This document shows positions 18,318 to 24,447 of a DNA stretch of 24,447 nucleotides, in pieces. Both the position numbers and the translations under genes were made by a program. The notes below the pieces were generated by a model that was given only the letters and a program-made list of their open reading frames with translations, ran no database searches and was not told the DNA's origin. How positions within the stretch are numbered: the stretch's first letter is position 1; the number at the start of each line of letters is the position of its first letter. Source of the DNA: Campylobacteraceae bacterium (GTDB lineage Bacteria; Campylobacterota; Campylobacteria; Campylobacterales; Sulfurovaceae); NCBI GenBank assembly GCA_027066355.1, contig JAMONW010000155.1, forward strand, positions 1-24,447. Reading direction: 5' to 3'.

Positions 18318-18622
18318 ATGAGTATAAAAAACTACTTAATGAACAGTTGTTCTTTGAAGCCCATGAAGCCCTAGAGGAGTATTGGTTTCCAAGAAGAAAA
18401 GATAAAAGTAGTGATATTTTGATAATAAAAGGTTTTATAAATGCTGCTGTGGCTTTTGAGCTAAAAAAGCGGGGCAGAGATAAAAATGCCATAAAGGTTT
18501 GGCAAACTTATAAAAAGTTTTCTAACTTAATTAAAAGAGATGAAAAGGAGTTATATAGGTTAAAAATATTTGTTGATAATTTTGCAAAAAATTGGCTATT
18601 TAATAATATTAATATGTTATAA
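18305..18622 (+). CDS. DUF309 family protein
   Basis: FFEAHEALEEYW and KGFINAAVA; overlaps the upstream gene by 13 nt. Confidence 0.8.
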   Translation: MPKLNEYKKLLNEQLFFEAHEALEEYWFPRRKDKSSDILIIKGFINAAVAFELKKRGRDKNAIKVWQTYKKFSNLIKRDEKELYRLKIFVDNFAKNWLFNNINML

Positions 18623-18623
18623 T
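18615..18623 (+). promoter_or_regulatory. Putative extended -10 promoter for the AsmA-like gene
   Basis: TGtTATAAT overlapping the DUF309 stop; SD GAGGG before the ATG at 18651. Confidence 0.5.
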
Positions 18624-18650
18624 ATCAATATATAGTTTAGAGGGACTACC

Positions 18651-21266
18651 ATGAAAAAAATTATCTTATTTATATTATTACCTATTTTTGCAATTTTTAT
18701 AGCAATATTTGTTATTTTATTTACACCTTTTGGCTCAAATGCTATTATTAAACCAATAGCAAATAGTCTTATAGAAAAGAAAATTAAAGAGCCAAAAGTT
18801 GAAATTACAAAGTTAAATAGTAAATTTGGTTATATTGATATTGATGCAAAAAGTAGCAATGGAATAAAAGCAAACACTAATGGTAGCGTAGAGTATTTGG
18901 ATAAAAAGTTTGATTTAGCCTACACAATTAATGCTCCAAGTGTAAAGATGAGAGAGCAAGAGATAAAAGTAGATTTAAGTCTTAGAGGACAAGCAGTAGG
19001 AAGCGTTAAAAACTTTGGTGTAAATGGAAGTGGAAAGGCGTTTGATTCTGATATTAAATATAAATTTATAATTAAAAACAGTAATCCTCAATCTATTGAA
19101 GCAATTATTGATAGCGCACAAATATCTAAAATATTTGCTACTTTAAATCAAGTTCCTATTGTTGATGGATACCTTTTTGTAAATGCAAATATGCCAAGTT
19201 TAGATATTAAAAATCCAAGTGGTAAAGCTCATATTGAAGTAAAAGATGGAAGATTTAATAGAGGTTTTATAAAAAGAGAGTTTAAGATACTTTTACCTAA
19301 AGATGAAAAATTCAAAGCAAAAATAGATATGGCTGTTGCTAAAAAATATATTATTGGAAAGGGTGATATAAATACTACAACTGCCAAACTTAAGATAAAA
19401 AAGATTACTTCTACACTAAACTTTAAACAAGCTAAAGCTTACTACAATTTAAAAATTGATAATTTAGCTAGAATTAATCAAATAGCAAATATAAAACTAA
19501 AAGGCAGATTAGATTTAGATGGTGCTTTTTATGCAAATTTAGCTAAAAATATATATCAATTTGATGCACTTACAAAATCTTTAGGTGGTAAACTAAAGCT
19601 CATATACAATACAAATAGAGTAAAGTTAAATTTAAAAGATATATCAATTGTTAAAGTTTTAAGAATGCTCTCTTTGCCATACTATATAAGTGCCGGAAGA
19701 GTAAATGGGGTAGTAAATGTTGCAGATATAAAACATTTAAACGGTTTATTTGATATATCTTCAAGTGGTGTAATTAATAGAAAGCTATTAAAAGTTAAGT
19801 TACCAAATTATAAATATAGCATAAAAGCAAAAGCTATTTTAAAAGACTCTATTTTGACTCTAAAAAGAGCAGATATTAATAGCAAATTTTTAGCACTTAA
19901 TCTAAAGAATACAAAATACTCTATTTTAACAAGCAGAGCAAAAGGGGATTATGCTCTAAGAATAGCTAATTTAAGGGCTTTAGAGAGTTTTACAAAACAA
20001 CCTTTAAGAGGAAAATTATCTGCAAGTGGAGCTTTCTCTTATGCAAAAGATAATATAGCATTAAACTTAATTACAAAATCTTTTGGTGGAGTATTAAAAG
20101 CTAAATATAGAGGCAAAAGTTTAGCTACACAATTTAGAGATATCTCTTTAGATAAAGTATTATATATGCTAAATCAACCCCATTTATTAAGTAGTGCTTT
20201 TGCATCAGGAGATGTTAAAATATATGATATAGATAAGTTAGATGGTAAATTTACACTTAAATCTACTGGAGCAGTTGATACAAAAAGTATTAAAAAATTA
20301 TATAATATAGAGTTAGGAAAACTATTTAGATACTCTATATTTATAAAAGATGCAACAATAAAAGATGGAATATTATTAACAAAACCTAAGCTAAATACAA
20401 CAATGGCTGCTATGAACTTTGATTATCTTAATTATGATATAAAAAAGCAAAATTTATCTGCAAAATATAGTTTAAAAATTGATGATTTAAGAAGGCTTCA
20501 ACCAATAATTAAACAGCAGTTAAATGGCTCTTTTAGTGCAAAAGGTAATATAAAATATGCGGCTAAACAACTCTTAATAAATGGTGTTGCCAATGAACTT
20601 GGTGGAGTTATTAATTTTATGGTTGAAAATAGTAATATTAAGGTAAATGGCGCTGGAATAAGTGTTGTTAAAGCTTTTAAAATGCTAAATTATCCACCAA
20701 CTTTAGATGGCGTTGCAAAGATAGATTTTAAATATAACACAAAGAGCAAAAGTGGTAATTTTATTTTAACTTTAAATGAAGCTAGATTTTTAAATTCACA
20801 ACTTGTAGATAACCTTAAACAGTATGCAAATTTTGACCTCTCTAAAGAGATTTTTAGAAGTGCTAAAATTGATGGCACAATTAGTGGTGATATTATAACA
20901 TTTAACTTAAATACATCTAGTCAAAGAGTTAAAATATCTACCCAAAATGCAAAAATTAATACCAAAACTCAAACTATTGATGCAAGAGTAAAAGTAGTTC
21001 AAAAAAATCAAGATTACAACTTTAGAATTACTGGTCCAATTAAATCTCCTCATATAAAAATATTATTTGGTGGATATATTAAGAAAAAGGTTAAAAAGAG
21101 AGTTTTAAAAGAGTTAGAAAAAGCAGGTGTAACAAAAAAAATAGATAAAGAGATTAAAAAAATTATCCCAAATGAAATAAAGGCTCTAAAAGATGATAAT
21201 GCTACAAAAGAGAAGATAAATAAGATAATTCCAAAAGAGCTAAAAGGACTCTTTAATAAACTATAA
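18651..21266 (+). CDS. Large inner-membrane-anchored beta-rich protein, AsmA-like (candidate lipid-transport bridge), with ~170-aa internal repeats
   Basis: Single N-terminal TM segment (FTPFG end), alternating-hydrophobic beta strands throughout, C-terminal ITGPIKSPHIKI plus amphipathic helices typical of AsmA-like C-termini. The family call is from pattern, not a profile search. Confidence 0.6.
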   Translation: MKKIILFILLPIFAIFIAIFVILFTPFGSNAIIKPIANSLIEKKIKEPKVEITKLNSKFGYIDIDAKSSNGIKANTNGSVEYLDKKFDLAYTINAPSVKMREQEIKVDLSLRGQAVGSVKNFGVNGSGKAFDSDIKYKFIIKNSNPQSIEAIIDSAQISKIFATLNQVPIVDGYLFVNANMPSLDIKNPSGKAHIEVKDGRFNRGFIKREFKILLPKDEKFKAKIDMAVAKKYIIGKGDINTTTAKLKIKKITSTLNFKQAKAYYNLKIDNLARINQIANIKLKGRLDLDGAFYANLAKNIYQFDALTKSLGGKLKLIYNTNRVKLNLKDISIVKVLRMLSLPYYISAGRVNGVVNVADIKHLNGLFDISSSGVINRKLLKVKLPNYKYSIKAKAILKDSILTLKRADINSKFLALNLKNTKYSILTSRAKGDYALRIANLRALESFTKQPLRGKLSASGAFSYAKDNIALNLITKSFGGVLKAKYRGKSLATQFRDISLDKVLYMLNQPHLLSSAFASGDVKIYDIDKLDGKFTLKSTGAVDTKSIKKLYNIELGKLFRYSIFIKDATIKDGILLTKPKLNTTMAAMNFDYLNYDIKKQNLSAKYSLKIDDLRRLQPIIKQQLNGSFSAKGNIKYAAKQLLINGVANELGGVINFMVENSNIKVNGAGISVVKAFKMLNYPPTLDGVAKIDFKYNTKSKSGNFILTLNEARFLNSQLVDNLKQYANFDLSKEIFRSAKIDGTISGDIITFNLNTSSQRVKISTQNAKINTKTQTIDARVKVVQKNQDYNFRITGPIKSPHIKILFGGYIKKKVKKRVLKELEKAGVTKKIDKEIKKIIPNEIKALKDDNATKEKINKIIPKELKGLFNKL

Positions 21267-21269
21267 ACT

Positions 21270-21870
21270 GTGTTTTAAGTAGTTGAGTATATAGGAATTG
21301 TTGCATTTGCAATAAGTGGCTTTTTGGTAGGTATTAGAAATAGACTCGATCTTCTTGGTGTTTTAATTTCTGTTTTTTTAACTGCACTTGGAGGAGGAGT
21401 TATAAGAGATATTTTAGTAGATAAAACACCTTACTCTTTTACACACTATGCTCCAATTATATTTGTTATTTTAGTTATTTTATTTATGCTTATTTTTAAA
21501 TTATATAGACAAAATAAACTTGAAAAGAGACTTTTTTTTATTATAAGCGACTCTTTAGGGTTGGCTTCATTTTCAATTTCAGGAGCTATAGCTGCACTTG
21601 AGAGTAATTTTAATATTACAGGAGTTTTAGCAATTAGCTTTATTTCATCTGTTGGTGGTGGAATAGTTAGAGATATCATCATAAATGAGGTGCCTTTAGT
21701 ATTTAAGACAGGTCTTTATGGCACAATATCTTTGTTAATTGGAGTAGTTATATATATTAAACTATTTTAAATACATTAATATAAGCAGTTTAATATTAAT
21801 ACTAACTCTAGGAACACTCCTTAGAGTATATGCCTATTATAAAAAGTGGTCTTTGCCCAGAATAGATTAA
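21270..21870 (+). pseudogene. Trimeric intracellular cation channel (TRIC/UPF0126, YadS/YicG-like) pseudogene
   Basis: GTG TTT TAA GTA GTT GAG TAT ATA GGA... reads MF*VVEYIGIVAFAISG (stop at codon 3). The track ORF 21324-21770 carries TALGGGVIRD and SVGGGIVRD. The natural C-terminus (ISSLILILTLGTLLRVYAYYKKWSLPRID*) continues in the +1 frame to TAA 21868-21870. Confidence 0.85.
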
Positions 21871-21877
21871 ATCTATT
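21861..21877. terminator. Hairpin at the junction of the convergent TRIC pseudogene and CAP gene
   Basis: AATAGAT-TAA-ATCTATT followed by TACTTTTTT on the plus strand. Confidence 0.3.
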
Positions 21878-22485
21878 TACTTTTTTGCTCTTGCACCTGC
21901 TAGTAGAAGAGTCCAGTAAGCTTTGTTATCTTTATTGCTAATTACTTTAGCTAGTGCTACATCTGTATATCTACTATCCATTATAACTTTGCAGTCATTT
22001 GGGTTTTTAAGCCAGTAGCCTATTAACTCTCTTGGACCTTTTAGGGTATTTGTGGTAGTTCTAATAATAAGTTCACCACTTAATATCTTTTTTGAATTTA
22101 CCTTTTGGTTAACTCTTTCATAAAAGTAACTACCTCTATTTAATTTTAAATTTTGAGCTGTAATATCTGTTTTGGTTCCAGAACCCATATGCGATAGCTT
22201 ATTATTTACTGCCATATCTATTGAATGCTCTTTTGCATGGTAGTATAAGCCTTTATTCCATCTTAAAGGATTTGTTGCACGAGAGCAAATTTGGTTTAAG
22301 CTTCTTGCTTCATTAATTGCTTTTAGGGTTGCTTGTGAAATTGTTAATTTTTTAAGATGCTCTGTTTTTGCATATGTTTGAGTTACGCTTTGAGCTTTTT
22401 GGAACTGGTCATTAATTTTATTAATTGGCTCTGTGGCAAAAAGCGAAAGTGGCAATATTAAATATAAAAAAAATTTATAATCCAT
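21877..22485 (-). CDS. CAP (SCP/PR-1) domain secreted protein, paralog of 15161-15781
   Basis: Sec-type signal peptide ending LFA; INEAR, AKEHSIDMA, LSHMGS, GELI and WLKNPNDCKVIMD. Confidence 0.85.
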   Translation of the reverse strand: MDYKFFLYLILPLSLFATEPINKINDQFQKAQSVTQTYAKTEHLKKLTISQATLKAINEARSLNQICSRATNPLRWNKGLYYHAKEHSIDMAVNNKLSHMGSGTKTDITAQNLKLNRGSYFYERVNQKVNSKKILSGELIIRTTTNTLKGPRELIGYWLKNPNDCKVIMDSRYTDVALAKVISNKDNKAYWTLLLAGARAKK

Positions 22486-22516
22486 AATATCCCTTTATTT
22501 GGTAAAAATTAACCAT

Positions 22517-22525
22517 ATTATATCA
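22517..22525 (-). promoter_or_regulatory. Putative extended -10 promoter for the second CAP gene
   Basis: TGaTATAAT on the minus strand, 32 nt upstream of the ATG; SD AAGGGA. Confidence 0.6.
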
Positions 22526-22604
22526 TAATTATAATCTCTTATCAAAGAGATATAAAATATAAATAACTATAAAATGTGTAGTTTTGTTATATCTGTTTAT
22601 TATT

Positions 22605-22655
22605 TTGATATAAAAAAAATCTTAATTAATCATTAATTAACTAATTTTATATCAA
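22605..22655. repeat. Nested inverted repeat (11-bp outer arms, 9-bp inner arms)
   Basis: TTGATATAAAA (22605-22615) pairs with TTTTATATCAA (22645-22655); inside, TTAATTAAT-C-ATTAATTAA (22622-22640). Confidence 0.7.
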
Positions 22656-22667
22656 TTTATGGAGTAA

Positions 22668-22689
22668 TTTTTTGTTTAGAAACAAAAAA
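22668..22689. promoter_or_regulatory. 22-bp dyad, candidate transcription-factor operator
   Basis: TTTTTTGTTT-AG-AAACAAAAAA with perfect 10-bp arms, centred about 40 bp upstream of the rhodanese -10 box. Confidence 0.5.
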
Positions 22690-22715
22690 GACAATTTGTT
22701 AAAATCTCTATTGTA

Positions 22716-22724
22716 TGGTATCAT
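22716..22724 (+). promoter_or_regulatory. Putative extended -10 promoter for the rhodanese-like/PilJ-repeat operon
   Basis: TGgTATCAT; SD AAGGGGAG before the ATG at 22760. Confidence 0.55.
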
Positions 22725-22759
22725 TATCAATATGCTTACTATCCTAAAGGGGAGAGATA

Positions 22760-23404
22760 ATGTTTTTAAAGAGATTTACTTTAATAGTTATGGCTATATC
22801 TTTATTTATTTCAATATCAAATGCAAAAGAGTATAAAGTAAAAATTACAGAAAATTTACCTTATGTTGATGTTGATGTTCTTGGAAAACCTGTTAGAATA
22901 GATAGAATTCAAGATACCAAACATAAACTGAAAAACTCTTATGTTAAAACATCAAGACCTTGCCCACCTTTTTGCGTTCAACCATTTGAGCCAATAAAAG
23001 GCATTGAAACTTATGGAGAGCTAGAGTTATTAAATTTTTTAAAAAATGAAGTTAGCAATAATAGTGGTGTATTAGTTGATGCAAGACTTCCTAAATGGTA
23101 TAAAGAAGGAACAATTCCAGGTGCAATAAATTTACCATTTTCTATACTTAATCCTAAAACTTCAAAAGATTATCTTGAGCAAGTATTACCAATTTTGGGT
23201 GCTAAAAAAGATGGAGATAAGTGGGATTTTAAAGATGCACAAAAGCTAGTTATTTTTGATAATGGCCCATGGTGCCAACAAGGTGTTAGAGCTATGGAGC
23301 ATCTCTTAGAGATTGGTTATCCAAAAGATAAAATAAAGTATTATCGCGGTGGTATGCAGTATTGGGAAATACTTGGGTTTAAAGTATTAAATAATAAAAA
23401 TTAG
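22760..23404 (+). CDS. Periplasmic rhodanese-like domain protein with Asp in the active-site loop
   Basis: Signal peptide ending SNA; LVDARLPKWY, GTIPGAINLP, YYRGGMQYW rhodanese motifs; loop reads IFDNGPWCQQG; N-terminal CPPFC. Confidence 0.85.
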   Translation: MFLKRFTLIVMAISLFISISNAKEYKVKITENLPYVDVDVLGKPVRIDRIQDTKHKLKNSYVKTSRPCPPFCVQPFEPIKGIETYGELELLNFLKNEVSNNSGVLVDARLPKWYKEGTIPGAINLPFSILNPKTSKDYLEQVLPILGAKKDGDKWDFKDAQKLVIFDNGPWCQQGVRAMEHLLEIGYPKDKIKYYRGGMQYWEILGFKVLNNKN

Positions 23405-23413
23405 GATGTTCTA

Positions 23414-24447
23414 ATGCAAAGACTCTTTTTAGCACTTATTTTACCACTATTTTTATTTGCAATGAGTGATAAAGAGTTAGCTACTGCTATTAATCTTGCT
23501 GGAAAACAGAGAATGCTAACGCAAAAAATGAGTAAAGATGCTTTAATGATATTTAAAGGAGTAGATGTTAAAAATAGTCAAAAAGAGTTAAAAGAGTCAT
23601 ATACTCTATTTGATAAAACACTAAAAGGTTTGTTAAATGGGGATAAAAGTTTAAACCTAGTGCCATCAAATAATAAAAAAATAGAAGACAAACTAAAAGA
23701 AGTAGAGAAACTATGGAAACCTTTTTTAGTAAAAATTAAAGAGGTAGAGAGCTTCAAAAATTTAACAGATAAAACTTTTGAGTATATTGACAAAAATAAT
23801 TTACCTCTTCTTAAAAAGATGAATGAGGCGGTTACTTTATATACAAAGCTAGGAGATAGCAAAACAAGCAAACTTAAAATGGCAAATGATATTAATTTAG
23901 CAGGAAAACTTAGAATGCTAACTCAAAGAGTAGCTAAAGATGTTTTACTCTACCAATTAGATTTAAACCCAAAAGAGGCTTTAAAAGATTTAGACTCTTC
24001 TGTAGAGCTATTTGATAAAATTTTAAATGGCTTATATAATGGAGATAAAGAACTTAAATTAGAGGGAACGAAACTACCTAAAATTATAAAACAGTTAAAT
24101 ATTGCAAAAGAGAGTTGGCAGAAGACAAAACCACTAATAGCAGAAGCTATAAAAGATAAAAATAACTTAAAATTAACAGATGAACTTATTAGAAAATTAG
24201 ATAAAGTAAAATATGAAGTAAATATAGCAGTTGGATTGTATGAGAAGTCTTTAAATAGACAAAAACAGGTTTTAAAACTAAATGCTTTAATAGATGGTTT
24301 TATGACTAAAAAGAGTAATTCAAAACATTTAATCAATTTAGCAGGTAAACAGAGAATGCTAACTCAAAGAGTTTCTAAATTGGCAATTGAGTGTGGCTTC
24401 TCATTAAGAGCCAATAGTTGCGAAATGATGGAAAAATATATGAATCT
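23414..24447 (+). CDS. Secreted protein with at least three tandem PilJ/NarX-type four-helix sensor domains (partial, runs off the right edge)
   Basis: Not in ORF track. ATG 23414 with SD AGGA overlapping the upstream stop; open for 344 codons: MQRLFLALILPLFLFA-MSDKELATAINLAGKQRMLTQKMSK...INLAGKLRMLTQRVAK...INLAGKQRMLTQRVSK. P-box-like motifs start at 23489, 23891 and 24332. Confidence 0.88.
   Translation, partial: MQRLFLALILPLFLFAMSDKELATAINLAGKQRMLTQKMSKDALMIFKGVDVKNSQKELKESYTLFDKTLKGLLNGDKSLNLVPSNNKKIEDKLKEVEKLWKPFLVKIKEVESFKNLTDKTFEYIDKNNLPLLKKMNEAVTLYTKLGDSKTSKLKMANDINLAGKLRMLTQRVAKDVLLYQLDLNPKEALKDLDSSVELFDKILNGLYNGDKELKLEGTKLPKIIKQLNIAKESWQKTKPLIAEAIKDKNNLKLTDELIRKLDKVKYEVNIAVGLYEKSLNRQKQVLKLNALIDGFMTKKSNSKHLINLAGKQRMLTQRVSKLAIECGFSLRANSCEMMEKYMN

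Noticed and set aside
1288-21682. Other short track ORFs lying opposite to or overlapping assigned genes (e.g. 1288, 2712, 4147, 5323, 6288, 11056, 15429, 16045, 16602, 17107, 17795, 18256, 20690, 21446)
   Set aside because: All overlap better-supported CDSs on the opposite strand and show Leu/Phe/Ser-rich shadow composition without motifs.
22605-22655. FNR box or MITE/IS ends
   Set aside because: TTGAT and ATCAA are 41 bp apart rather than 4; no flanking target-site duplication or second copy is visible in the window.
23578-24336. Minus-strand ORFs of 97 and 128 aa
   Set aside because: Antisense shadows of the plus-strand tandem-PilJ gene, which the track missed because it lacks a stop in the window.
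1-24447. CRISPR array or poly-G/C phase-variation tracts
   Set aside because: No regularly spaced direct repeats and no long G/C homopolymers were seen; A/T runs are expected at this base composition.

Overview
AT-rich chromosomal window whose gene order (secG-frr-pyrE; tRNA Gly-Leu-Cys-Ser; hldE-gmhA) and gnTAnAAT-type promoters point to a Campylobacterota (Epsilonproteobacteria) bacterium; this taxonomy is an inference. Left to right: a partial RlmI/YwbD-like rRNA methyltransferase (missing from the ORF track) downstream of an E. coli-type YcaO; an LPS core/ligation operon (waaC, MsbA-like ABC exporter, waaF, O-antigen ligase, LPS kinase, GH-A-like TIM barrel lacking its acid/base Glu, LtaS-family transferase) convergent with hldE-gmhA; four tRNAs; ilvD; a CAP lipoprotein; secG-frr-pyrE; a BioC-like methyltransferase; DUF309; an 871-aa AsmA-like protein built from ~170-aa repeats; a doubly disrupted TRIC/UPF0126 pseudogene; a second CAP paralog; and a secreted rhodanese-fold protein with Asp at the usual catalytic Cys position, followed by a secreted protein with at least three tandem NarX/PilJ-type sensor domains (partial, missing from the ORF track) behind a palindrome-rich promoter region. 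No mobile element, prophage or CRISPR array is visible. The best candidate for an undescribed system is the rhodanese-like/tandem-PilJ pair at the right edge.
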